This document shows positions 51,740-61,847 of a stretch of 64,000 nt of DNA, piece after piece. The stretch spans positions 195,864-259,863 of the IMG/VR virus record IMGVR_UViG_3300013947_000019. One strand, written 5' to 3'. The position numbers were made by a program, and so were the translations under genes. The notes beneath the pieces are model-generated. The model was given only the letters and a program-made list of their open reading frames with translations, was not told the origin of the DNA and searched no databases. How positions within the stretch are numbered: the stretch's first letter is position 1; the number at the start of each line of letters is the position of its first letter. This DNA comes from a virus (lineage: Duplodnaviria > Caudoviricetes).

Positions 51740-52125
51740 TTTGGAGATGCACCCAAGCATCTCCAATCTCTCTTCCAATCTCCAGTATTGATTCTCATAT
51801 GAGAATTCAAAATCCAGCAACCTCAATCTCCTGGCTCGCCCTAAGCGTCTTTCCACTGAACCAACCCACGAAGTTTGGCATCAGTTTCGCACCTAACCTA
51901 CCTCTTTCGTCATCAGTACTACAGCACTACCCATAATACCCAACTACTTATAGGCATAGGCTCTTCTCAAAAGCTCCATTCAACTGAGATCACCTTCCAC
52001 ACCACTTAACGGATCTGTCACTTGGCCCACATCCAGCTACACGCTGGAACCATGTCCCCTCTCCCAAGGGACATGGCCTACAGCGGGGCCTAGTAAACGC
52101 AACAAACTCGCCAAATGGCGCAACC
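51740..52125. ncRNA. candidate structured non-coding RNA (probably minus strand)
   Basis: GC-enriched intergenic stretch without a credible ORF; multiple stems (TTGGAGATGC/GCATCTCCAA, CCATGTCCC/GGGACATGG, CCAGC/GCTGG). Confidence 0.4.
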
Positions 52126-52164
52126 TTATTTTATTGTTACTGACTTTTCATTTTAAAATGAGAC

Positions 52165-54408
52165 TCATTTATACTGATGAATGAAATCAGACTCAAGGAA
52201 AATGGGGAGATTCTTTTTCTTAGCTACATCCATTTTAGAAGATGTTCTATCCATACTAGATGTGATTAAGATATTGAACGATTTTCCTTCAGTAACTTCG
52301 AATCCTCTCTTCTTAATGATTGCTAAAGTTTCATCAGTTAGTTTGCCACCAGTGTACCCAACACGAAGTTTCTTTTCCCAACTAGTTGTCACTTTCGTAA
52401 TCATCTTATTCAAGAGAATCCAGGATCTCTTAAATCCTTCTCCATAGATTGCATGACGTAACCAAGGAGCTTGATCTTTACCAACAGCTGCTGCACATGC
52501 TTCATATAGATTATGATCATAGAGATCCCAGGAATCAGGTTCTACAAATTTACAAAGATCACACTTCTGGAGAAGTATCTTGGCTTTCTGAACCCCCACA
52601 CCGGGAAGACCCATAGCGCCAAGTATTTCATAATCTGTATGCTCACTGATTCCTTTGCGTAGTAGATCTGGGAACTTTGCTGTGGCGGCAGTTTGGCACC
52701 CAAATCGATCGAAACTATCCTTTGTTAGATAGAGTACATCTGCAAGACATTTACATTTGCACTTATCTACCAGCATCTCTGAGAATGCATCACTATACCC
52801 AACGAGACCCATCTCTTCAAAGAAGTGAGTAAAGATCCCAGCGATATTATCTCGACATTCTGGGTTATCACAGAACAGTTTCTTATTCCGAATCTGCAGC
52901 TCCCTACCACATGTCGGACAAATGGTTGGAAGAGGCAGCCTGGAACCGGAACCTTCCTTTACTAGGCTTATAGCGGGGATTACATCACCAACTCGGTGCA
53001 CTGATACTTGTGAACCAATTCGCAAAGGAAGGTCTTTGTAGAGATTCGCACTAAGAATCGGTACATGATCATATCGTACTCCATCTAAGAATACAGGATG
53101 TTCCATCTCGACCTGAATTGTGCGATATCCCTTTTTACCGCTATCGAGGGTAATTCCACGGACTGTGGCGATAGCAGTAGCTGGATCAAACTTAAGACCG
53201 AGTTGATATTTGTTAGTTCTACCTTCTCGTCCTAAGCTATCCTGATAGTCATCATCTAAGACCGTGATTACCATACCATCGATAGCATATGAGATATATT
53301 CACGTTTCTTAGAGAACTCTTCCATCTTCTCTGTAATTTGTTTTAACAGAGATTTCAAATCACCATGAATGATCTGTCGTTTAATCATATCATCTGGTAC
53401 TCTTCCAAAATTCTGGATATAAGACATTCGATCTTTATATGACATATCCAAACCATCTGTTTCAATTGGATAGAAACTCAGATAACTGATCAATTCAGGA
53501 TCTTCCATTGTAGACAGTCGATGAGTAATACCAGCTGCTGCATGACGGCAACTGACATAAGGTCTCTCAAGACCCAGATACTCAGATGCTTTGATTCGGT
53601 TCGGCTCCGTTACGAATGCTTCATATTGGATACCAAAGTCGATCTTTGATTTTTCCTGTCCAATTTTAATCCCATCCAAACCAAGCACGGATACTGATTC
53701 CTCTGTATCACCACGAGTTTGAACACGTACCAACCTCTTCCCTTCAATCGTACCATTAATTGATACCCCATCAATCTTTGGCGCAATCATCAGATCTAAA
53801 CTTGCTTCAGAAGACAGACCCAGAGTATTGAAAGTTCTGATTAAGAATCCTTCTACTGTATCTGTCTCCTTTACTCCTTCGGGGATTGGATCAGATAACT
53901 TGATCGCATATGCTTTATCCATATTATTATGAAGTTTATTATATGTGATCTTTGTTTTCTGTAAGAATTTAGATCCTTTTGGAATAATGCCAGTTGGTTC
54001 GATTCTTCCACTCTTCAGATACTTTGCCAGTATCCCATCATAGAGAATATTGTCAATAAACTCTCGGTCAGAATATTCATAATAACTCTTACCAATGATG
54101 ATTAGTTTACGAATATTATCATAGATAACATCTGGGCAAATTCGAGGCGAAAGGGATAAAAAGATATTCCCAAGCTCCCGGATGAGTATACCATCAGCCT
54201 TGTCTACCTTTGGATACTTGCCATCCCGAATCTTATCGTGGTAATGGCTAAGCACCTTGGTACAAGGACTCATGATATACTCATAATATTTACCATCTGT
54301 TGTAACCAACAGATGTGTGTCCCTCGGAAGAGGAACCGTTCTTTTCTTTAGTAGAATAAATCCATCCTGATCATATTCTGATGGATCAAAAGTTACAGGT
54401 CTGATCAT
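52165..54408 (-). CDS. ligA: NAD-dependent DNA ligase
   Basis: YY..SD...YD domain Ia, PKIDG adenylation motif, IDGMVI, RVGDVIP OB, CPTC..C..C Zn finger, HhH, BRCT; start 54408 with AGGAGG. Confidence 0.9.
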   Translation of the reverse strand: MIRPVTFDPSEYDQDGFILLKKRTVPLPRDTHLLVTTDGKYYEYIMSPCTKVLSHYHDKIRDGKYPKVDKADGILIRELGNIFLSLSPRICPDVIYDNIRKLIIIGKSYYEYSDREFIDNILYDGILAKYLKSGRIEPTGIIPKGSKFLQKTKITYNKLHNNMDKAYAIKLSDPIPEGVKETDTVEGFLIRTFNTLGLSSEASLDLMIAPKIDGVSINGTIEGKRLVRVQTRGDTEESVSVLGLDGIKIGQEKSKIDFGIQYEAFVTEPNRIKASEYLGLERPYVSCRHAAAGITHRLSTMEDPELISYLSFYPIETDGLDMSYKDRMSYIQNFGRVPDDMIKRQIIHGDLKSLLKQITEKMEEFSKKREYISYAIDGMVITVLDDDYQDSLGREGRTNKYQLGLKFDPATAIATVRGITLDSGKKGYRTIQVEMEHPVFLDGVRYDHVPILSANLYKDLPLRIGSQVSVHRVGDVIPAISLVKEGSGSRLPLPTICPTCGRELQIRNKKLFCDNPECRDNIAGIFTHFFEEMGLVGYSDAFSEMLVDKCKCKCLADVLYLTKDSFDRFGCQTAATAKFPDLLRKGISEHTDYEILGAMGLPGVGVQKAKILLQKCDLCKFVEPDSWDLYDHNLYEACAAAVGKDQAPWLRHAIYGEGFKRSWILLNKMITKVTTSWEKKLRVGYTGGKLTDETLAIIKKRGFEVTEGKSFNILITSSMDRTSSKMDVAKKKNLPIFLESDFIHQYK

Positions 54409-54498
54409 TATATACCTCCTTTCTATCACTTATATAGTATATATCTCAAATTCTTTTGCTCGAAAGAGGGTCCTGGATTTACCAGGACCCACTCTCTA

Positions 54499-56538
54499 TT
54501 AATCAGTGAAGTACTCTCCTTCCGGAGCTTCTTCAATATCCATTTCAATCTTTGCACCAAGCACATTGTTGTATGCAGAGATCGCTTCCATATTCTTCTT
54601 ACCGCCGATATCCAATTCTTCCATAGAGGGCATCTCAGCTTCCTCATCCGGATCCATCAGATAATCTCTTTCTGCCATTCGCATCTTGGCTTCCCAAGAA
54701 GTAGAATTCTCAGTCATAAATGCAGCAATACCGGCAGGATGGTTCACCATTGCCAGTAACACTTCAATCTCATACTCACCAATACGAACAGGAACATCAG
54801 AGAATGGTTCAAATCCTTTCTTCTTCAGATTGGACTTTGCCGGTAAAGTAGTCAATGGATTCACCGGACCTCTAGATCTTGCAGAATACTTATCAGTCGG
54901 ATCCTGCTTCAGTCTCATATAGAAGCGCTTTGCACATAATACTCGGCGCATCGACTTTCTTCCATCTGGGAAGATGATATGCTGGTAATTTGCAGGGAAT
55001 TCTTTATAGGCTTCACCAATCTGGAACATGTCAGCATTATCAATTGGATCCTGAACAATGAAGATACCTTCACGTTCAATCTGTTTACAAATCTTCGCTT
55101 TCTTATCATCACTCAAAGATTTGAAATACGATTTAAATGAATCAGCTTCATCAGAATTCAAATATTTCATCAAGCGATATACAATACGGCCTTTCTGGTC
55201 TACATCATTCGTCATCTTCATCATACTTACAGCCGTATGACCTAGCTCATTAATAGAATGTTCATTCAACTGTGCCTGATTCAGTCGACCAACGATACCC
55301 AAAGTTGCCACGACCAGATCAATTGGTGTACCATCTTCCATATGCCAGCTCTTCTCAGGAGGATAAATTGCACTAATAACACCTTTATCACCATATCGAC
55401 CAACGAGTTTAGAACCAACACTCAGTTTCTCCTCATCCATCAGTCGTACAATGATCTGCATATTACCATAGATATTCTCATTACTGTCAGAGAAACATAC
55501 AGAGGAGTCTACAAATCGATGTGCTTCTTCACAGATAATTGTAAACTCATCACTATACGTATATCCTCCCTCATAAGCATGATCGACAATATCAATCATA
55601 TACTTATACAGAGACTTATAATACTTCTGCTGCGCTTCGAACATCTCTTTCAGCATTCTGTTTGCACCAGAGTCATTGATATCCTTCAACTCTTTATTAT
55701 ACAGAATATCAATATCGATCACACGACCAGCACCATACCGACGAACATCACCACGTTCGATATTCTTTAGCCGTTTACTCTTTAATGCATATGGGGCTTT
55801 GCTGTTATCCACTCTGCGCACAACAGCCAGGATGCCCTTCTTCGTCTTCTCTCCTACCTGAGGGATTCCCTGATAATGATCATCATCCCCATACCAGTTG
55901 ATCAGTACCTCATTATCCGGATTCAATGCTACTACCTGTGTGGTGGCTCGATATGCATCCATCTTATTATCTGCACCATTCATCACAATAATACCATCTT
56001 CCAGATCCTGTGCACTGACCATATAAACTACATTCAGGTTCTTACCAAAACAATAGTTCATATTCTTATCAAAACTGGCGGATTTGATAATATATTCACC
56101 TTCAGGAACTTCATCTCCAACTTCCAATGCATCCATCAGAGAATTGTTATATTTGGTACAGAAACCTTCAGAGTGTTCCTCTACTTCATTTCGCTTCCAA
56201 GCATGATAATGATGTTTCTCTTCATCATACCCTACTAAGACGTAGTTATATTTATTCTTAACGAACTTAGCTACGATCTTATAGTTGCCATCCGTCTTAT
56301 GGTTCATACTAGAATAAGATGCCAATACATTCTCAAACCCAGTAGGTACAAGAGGTGCCTCGGCGTCTTTGATATTAATCATATCTGGGACTTGATGACA
56401 TACCATGACTAGTCGACTACTATTAACATGAGACTCCTGTGTCATCAGTGATCCAGCAGAAAGCCGATCAGTTGGGTAAGTTAATTCATCATAACGCTTC
56501 AATACCTGTCGCTCTTTTACTGACATATGCTTTGCCAT
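54499..56538 (-). CDS. rpoB: RNA polymerase beta subunit, C-terminal piece (probably non-virion RNAP)
   Basis: GKNLNVVYM..LEDGII, VGSKLVGRYGDKGVIS, DGTPIDLV, RIGEYE. Confidence 0.9.
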   Translation of the reverse strand: MAKHMSVKERQVLKRYDELTYPTDRLSAGSLMTQESHVNSSRLVMVCHQVPDMINIKDAEAPLVPTGFENVLASYSSMNHKTDGNYKIVAKFVKNKYNYVLVGYDEEKHHYHAWKRNEVEEHSEGFCTKYNNSLMDALEVGDEVPEGEYIIKSASFDKNMNYCFGKNLNVVYMVSAQDLEDGIIVMNGADNKMDAYRATTQVVALNPDNEVLINWYGDDDHYQGIPQVGEKTKKGILAVVRRVDNSKAPYALKSKRLKNIERGDVRRYGAGRVIDIDILYNKELKDINDSGANRMLKEMFEAQQKYYKSLYKYMIDIVDHAYEGGYTYSDEFTIICEEAHRFVDSSVCFSDSNENIYGNMQIIVRLMDEEKLSVGSKLVGRYGDKGVISAIYPPEKSWHMEDGTPIDLVVATLGIVGRLNQAQLNEHSINELGHTAVSMMKMTNDVDQKGRIVYRLMKYLNSDEADSFKSYFKSLSDDKKAKICKQIEREGIFIVQDPIDNADMFQIGEAYKEFPANYQHIIFPDGRKSMRRVLCAKRFYMRLKQDPTDKYSARSRGPVNPLTTLPAKSNLKKKGFEPFSDVPVRIGEYEIEVLLAMVNHPAGIAAFMTENSTSWEAKMRMAERDYLMDPDEEAEMPSMEELDIGGKKNMEAISAYNNVLGAKIEMDIEEAPEGEYFTD

Positions 56539-56597
56539 ATATCATTCCTCCTTTTAGATATTGGGAGGGACCATGAAGATCCCTCCCTTGATATCCA

Positions 56598-57431
56598 CTA
56601 TTCTTCAGGAATATGTATGATTGGAATCAGATGAATAAACCCATCTTTATCTACATACGTATCCTTTGGAACACCATGCTTACGTGCAACTTCTGGATGC
56701 AATTTATACAACTTAAGCTCAGGATGCATAGCTGCATAAACTATTGCACTATCAGACCATCCGTGACTTTGCTTAGAACTGATAGTTGCTCGTGCCCATC
56801 CAGCATAATCTTCAAGCTCTGAATGAACCCACCATCTTGACCCATCATAGAATCTTCTGGTATTTCTACGATTCATAGCTTGATCTTTATAAGTTACAAA
56901 TCGACAATTATCAGGACTGTATCCTTTATCATTATCAATTCGATCAAGAGTAGGCCAAGTGCGTTGAGGGGCACCTGGAGCCGGATCTACATAGCCAGCT
57001 TCTTTAGTGGCCCAATTATAGAAGTTCACTAGCCCCGGATTTCCTGGTACACCTGGAGTATACCATTCATCACAAACCTTGATACCTCTACCTCCCCAAT
57101 CTGGATATCTCTTATTATTTGGATTAAAACATCGATCACAGATATTCTTATGAATTCTGCTTAATCTTGTCCGTCTTAATCCATGTGTCTTCTGTAAGTT
57201 ACCAGCACGTTCAGAACGATAGCAACCACAGCTAATCATACGATTATTTTTGATTGCACTGGTTAACGTACTGGTACTTACAACCTTATGATTTCCACAC
57301 TCACAATTGCAGTACCAGTAGATTTCCCATCTACCACTACCATTCATCTCACGATGATCCATATGATCAACCGTAAGTCGACCGACTTTGATGCCGGTCA
57401 TATCTTTTCCTTTGCCAATGTTGTTACTCAT
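56598..57431 (-). CDS. free-standing HNH homing endonuclease
   Basis: CNCECG...SCGC, WGGRGIKVCDEW, TLDRIDNDKGYSPDNCRF. Confidence 0.85.
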   Translation of the reverse strand: MSNNIGKGKDMTGIKVGRLTVDHMDHREMNGSGRWEIYWYCNCECGNHKVVSTSTLTSAIKNNRMISCGCYRSERAGNLQKTHGLRRTRLSRIHKNICDRCFNPNNKRYPDWGGRGIKVCDEWYTPGVPGNPGLVNFYNWATKEAGYVDPAPGAPQRTWPTLDRIDNDKGYSPDNCRFVTYKDQAMNRRNTRRFYDGSRWWVHSELEDYAGWARATISSKQSHGWSDSAIVYAAMHPELKLYKLHPEVARKHGVPKDTYVDKDGFIHLIPIIHIPEE

Positions 57432-57568
57432 TACATAGTTTACTCCTTTTGTTGATAATAGATTTTTCTGAAGATAAGCGGGAGTTTGTTATTGTTGTTT
57501 TGGTATAATTTCATATTAGTAGATAGACACTCCTTCATATACTTCACTTATATAGTATATAGATGAAA

Positions 57569-58279
57569 TTATTTTGTGTAAACATCACCATTCTTATCTA
57601 CATACTCAGTACGTCCATTCGACTTCGGTTCTAATACAATAAATCCTTCATCATTAACTTGATTTGTCATAGATTTATATTTCTTAGCCATACGAAATGC
57701 TTTTGGATAGTACTGTTTCATATAGGAAGCATATTGTTGCTGCAGATCTTCAATCAAATCACCAACTCGTTGATTACGTGGAGCATACTTGTAATTATTT
57801 GTAAATACCATAGAATGATACCATAGTAGATCAAGCACAATATGTTCTACTGGATCAGTAAACTGATAGTTAGCTTTGATAAACTGATACGTTGCTCTGC
57901 CAGCACCTTGCATCATAGAATCAAAGTCTTTATCTGTATTTGTAGAGAAATCCATATGCTGTGTCTGAAGTAATGCATGCAGCATATAAAATAAAGCAGT
58001 CATACGAAATACTGCAGGAGTTTGCAGATACATTTTACATCGACGACAAAGGAGTAAAATATCAGCAATATAGATTTCACACCGAAATACAGAAATTGTA
58101 AGAGAATTCTTTAAACGAATAGAAGCTGTCCAATCATGATCTTTGGATTCCGTTCGATGAACCAAATAGGTGATTGCAGGTAGTTCACCTGACATGATGG
58201 AATATGCATATGGTTCAATTAAATCTTCAAAAAGTTCCAAACACATATCAGCCGCTTGGTCAAGTGAAAATGTCTTCAT
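57569..58279 (-). CDS. hypothetical protein with C-terminal NDEGFIVL motif
   Basis: 236 aa, early promoter 58306. Confidence 0.7.
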   Translation of the reverse strand: MKTFSLDQAADMCLELFEDLIEPYAYSIMSGELPAITYLVHRTESKDHDWTASIRLKNSLTISVFRCEIYIADILLLCRRCKMYLQTPAVFRMTALFYMLHALLQTQHMDFSTNTDKDFDSMMQGAGRATYQFIKANYQFTDPVEHIVLDLLWYHSMVFTNNYKYAPRNQRVGDLIEDLQQQYASYMKQYYPKAFRMAKKYKSMTNQVNDEGFIVLEPKSNGRTEYVDKNGDVYTK

Positions 58280-58393
58280 ATTATAATAACTCCTTTCATT
58301 ATATGTATAATATATAGACAGACTATGACCTTGCGGAATAGATAGAGAGAAGCCCAGGAAAATACCTGGGCTTTCTTTATTCTCTATTGTATA

Positions 58394-59803
58394 TTAGTCA
58401 TTCATAAGAGATGAAAAGATATCATCCATATCCATTTTATCATTTCTGAAAAGAGAATCATCATTATGAATGTCATCTCTTAACTCTTTAGCGAGCTCCT
58501 CATTCTTTTTCTGAGCAATATCGGGATTATCGAGAAGTTTTTCACAATTATCACGAAGTTGATCATAGAAAGCACTAAACAGCTCTGGATTAGATGCAAA
58601 CACTTCAGAGTAATTCTTGAATGTGAACAGTTTATCAGGGTGCTTATCAATATAATAATAGTTACCCTTCTTAGCTAACTCACCAATTTCTTTTGCATAC
58701 CATAAATTGGAAAGTAATTGATCATAACCATTGGTATTAGTAAATACCAATTGACAACTATTCTTTCGTGAATTAGACTTACATTTTGCCCAGGTGGCAA
58801 TTGCAATATGACCTTTAACATCTTCACCAAGGTTAACTGCACTTGAAGATACTGAATTGACTGCTTTGATAACATCCAAACGAAGAATAGAAGATGAAAG
58901 ATATAATGCTCTCTCACCGCCCGCAATTGTCTCACCGGCCCGTAACATGATTGCTTGCTTTACAGGTATACCCATAATTGCAGGCATCTTATTGATGTGG
59001 TTAATCGAGAAGATAATGATATTATACTTCTTAGCATAATTCACCATCTGACTATACAGAGCAGAAATCACCTTAGCTCTTTGTGCACCAGCAGGACCCT
59101 TAGTTGCATCATTATAGATATCCTGGAGTCCACCTTTCTTAGCATCAATCTTAGTAGGATCATCAACAGACTCAATCAGAAGCTGCGTCATAGAGTCAAT
59201 AATCATTACAGTAGGAGGATACTCAAGAATAGGTTTACCAAAGATATCAAGCATCGGACAAATAGCAGGATTCATATACTGAACCTTATATTTGATATGC
59301 TTCTCCAACAGGTTCATAAATTCACTATCAGTTGTGATCTGATTAATCATAACTCGTTCTTGAACTTGCTTATTAGTATAATGAGTCAACTTTTTAACAT
59401 AATCCATTGGCAAAGTTTTCTCAGTATCAACAATCTGAATAAAAGGTTTTGCCTGCTGGATAATCTCTTTCATTTTGGGAGGAGTATTCGCATCAATATA
59501 TTTCTGCTGATATAAAGGTGAAAAGAATGGCTCAATGATAGCAGCAGCCATCGCAATAGCCAAAGAAGTCTTACCACCCTGAGACTTAGAAATAATTGTA
59601 TTCACAGAACCAGAAGTAATACCTACATTATGGTAAGTATAAACAGGCTCTTCATCATCATTATATACATTTACATAACTACCACAACCATAATCCAAAT
59701 ACATAAATCCAGTAGGATGCTGAGGCATGGTAGTTGAATACATAAATGGGTTATCTTTCTTATTACCACCGGCTTCATCAAGGAACTGTTTAAAGTCCAT
59801 CAT
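58394..59803 (-). CDS. RecA/UvsX-like recombinase
   Basis: PTGFMYLD, Walker A SKSQGGKT, IVDTE, IIDSM Walker B, INH, AGGERALYLSS. Confidence 0.8.
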   Translation of the reverse strand: MMDFKQFLDEAGGNKKDNPFMYSTTMPQHPTGFMYLDYGCGSYVNVYNDDEEPVYTYHNVGITSGSVNTIISKSQGGKTSLAIAMAAAIIEPFFSPLYQQKYIDANTPPKMKEIIQQAKPFIQIVDTEKTLPMDYVKKLTHYTNKQVQERVMINQITTDSEFMNLLEKHIKYKVQYMNPAICPMLDIFGKPILEYPPTVMIIDSMTQLLIESVDDPTKIDAKKGGLQDIYNDATKGPAGAQRAKVISALYSQMVNYAKKYNIIIFSINHINKMPAIMGIPVKQAIMLRAGETIAGGERALYLSSSILRLDVIKAVNSVSSSAVNLGEDVKGHIAIATWAKCKSNSRKNSCQLVFTNTNGYDQLLSNLWYAKEIGELAKKGNYYYIDKHPDKLFTFKNYSEVFASNPELFSAFYDQLRDNCEKLLDNPDIAQKKNEELAKELRDDIHNDDSLFRNDKMDMDDIFSSLMND

Positions 59804-59894
59804 ATCGGATTTCCTCCTAAATTAATATCCTTGTATACTAATGTATGCAGGAGTGTAAAAAAAGAAAGGGAGGATTTCTCCTCCCCTTCTCCAA

Positions 59895-60809
59895 TTATTT
59901 TACCTCATCGGTAATCCGTTTCTCCCACTGTCTTGGAAGATTGGATACCATTCTCCGATACAACCTTCTTCTGATCTCAACAGTTTCTTCATACGTATAT
60001 CCACATATAATGTAATTTGAAAACATATCCAAAGATGAGATTTCACGAGGGAGTGACTCATTGTCAATTGTTGTTTCAAATGCAGTATATGGGAACCAGA
60101 AGATGGTCAGAAGTTCATATGGCATAGACGGATTATTGAGGTATTGAAGCACATCGGATCTGCTCCATGCGGGATTCACGATAGCTCCATTAGGTCGACT
60201 TAGCATAAACCGAGTCGAGGGATGCAGATACTGAACAACTCCACCATTCAAACCACCCCGTGTACAATGCATTACGAAAGATTCACGTTTTGCAATCTGT
60301 CCAGGAGTATTATCATAGTAGGGAGGATATGTATTCCGATGAACTTTACCATTCTCCAGATTGATATTAATTGAGTATGTAGGACTCAATGGATTATCAA
60401 TTGCAGCAACAGAAAGTTTAATTGTCGGATCCCATCCAGGTGTCCAGTATAGTTCAGGAAATGCTCTAGCAAGACATAGGATAATATTTCCATTATCTTT
60501 GAAATAACGGAAGAAGTTTACCAGAACATTTTGTGTCAATCCGAGGTATTCTTCATTGTTATCAATCTGATAAGTAAGTAAGTAGCTCGGACGATCAGGG
60601 CTTACTGCATCAGGGGAGAGGATATAAGTATCCTCTCCCACAATGGCAGCAAGACTGAAATTCTTGGTGTGAATTTCTTCTTCGGACTCGACGTTGATGA
60701 ACCCAATACGCACACCATTCTTAAGCTGAATATAGTACATAACGGGTACAGGAACACCATCCAACATGGAGTTTAATTCCCTGATCTCATGCGGTTCGGT
60801 GAAGATCAT
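59895..60809 (-). CDS. hypothetical protein
   Basis: 304 aa, SD GGAGG. Confidence 0.7.
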   Translation of the reverse strand: MIFTEPHEIRELNSMLDGVPVPVMYYIQLKNGVRIGFINVESEEEIHTKNFSLAAIVGEDTYILSPDAVSPDRPSYLLTYQIDNNEEYLGLTQNVLVNFFRYFKDNGNIILCLARAFPELYWTPGWDPTIKLSVAAIDNPLSPTYSININLENGKVHRNTYPPYYDNTPGQIAKRESFVMHCTRGGLNGGVVQYLHPSTRFMLSRPNGAIVNPAWSRSDVLQYLNNPSMPYELLTIFWFPYTAFETTIDNESLPREISSLDMFSNYIICGYTYEETVEIRRRLYRRMVSNLPRQWEKRITDEVK

Positions 60810-60827
60810 AAAGAACTAAACCTCCTT

Positions 60828-61751
60828 TTACTTCTTGGTAACATCCTTATCCTTTACTTTCTTAGCCTTCAAATCCTTGAAAGCCTTCTTGAAGCCGATA
60901 TCCATATGCTTCAGTTCCTTGATGATCGGCTTGGATGCCTTATAGAAGTCACCACCAGTCAGACGGAAGTTATTGGACTTATTCTTCTTATAAGCCCGAG
61001 CATATCCCAGAATGATCGGAGCACGCTTCTTCTTCTTCAGCTTCATCATATAGGTATACAGTGCGGCGATCATATCAGAATTGTTGGAGTCGACAGTCAT
61101 TGCCGCGCCAACTGCCTGATCAAACCGAGAGATATCCATGTCCTTGACAGAGGGATATGCATCGTACATCTTTTTCAGAAGCTTGATCTTCTTCTTGTCG
61201 GACTTAATGGACCGATTGAACGTCTTGTGAATAAACCGCATATTATTCACAGGATCACCATAGATCTGAATAGCCAGATCACGAGTATAATGCTCTTCGA
61301 CCTTCAGCTTCTTTGCAAGCTGATATACATCCCAATACAGGATGATAAAGGTCTTGCTCAGCATACGATTGCGCTCTTCAAACTCCTGCGTCTGCTGAGC
61401 ATATTGATTCGTTGCGGACTTCTTATAGGCATCAGCCAGGATATTCCGCAGAGACTCAATCTGATCATCGGTCAGATCAGTCTTCAACTTGCCCTTTTTA
61501 CTGATCTTACAATGATCCTTCACGTACTCCTTGAACCACAGGGCAGTGGACAAGTTTGCAAATGCATTAGAGATATACGTGGGATACTTACCGCGATGCT
61601 CACGGTTTGCAGTGATCTGATCAAGGATCACTTCGATCTCATCATCGAAAATCTTAAAGATTTCCGACTGATCCATCAGGTCTACCTTATCTGGCTGCTT
61701 GAACTTCATTGCAGCCCGATTGTTAAACCCATCGTTGCCTTTTTTGCTCAT
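60828..61751 (-). CDS. basic hypothetical protein
   Basis: Lys-rich, 307 aa, early promoter 61822. Confidence 0.7.
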   Translation of the reverse strand: MSKKGNDGFNNRAAMKFKQPDKVDLMDQSEIFKIFDDEIEVILDQITANREHRGKYPTYISNAFANLSTALWFKEYVKDHCKISKKGKLKTDLTDDQIESLRNILADAYKKSATNQYAQQTQEFEERNRMLSKTFIILYWDVYQLAKKLKVEEHYTRDLAIQIYGDPVNNMRFIHKTFNRSIKSDKKKIKLLKKMYDAYPSVKDMDISRFDQAVGAAMTVDSNNSDMIAALYTYMMKLKKKKRAPIILGYARAYKKNKSNNFRLTGGDFYKASKPIIKELKHMDIGFKKAFKDLKAKKVKDKDVTKK

Positions 61752-61847
61752 AGTATTATTTCCTCCTTAGTAGATTTAAAATAGGACCGGAGTTATTAAA
61801 TAACCCCGATCCTATCTTCGCTTATATAATATATATCTCAAAAACTT

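Noticed and set aside
51880-51925. Hammerhead ribozyme (CUGAUGA...GAAA on minus strand)
   Set aside because: Could not build stems I-III around the core by eye.
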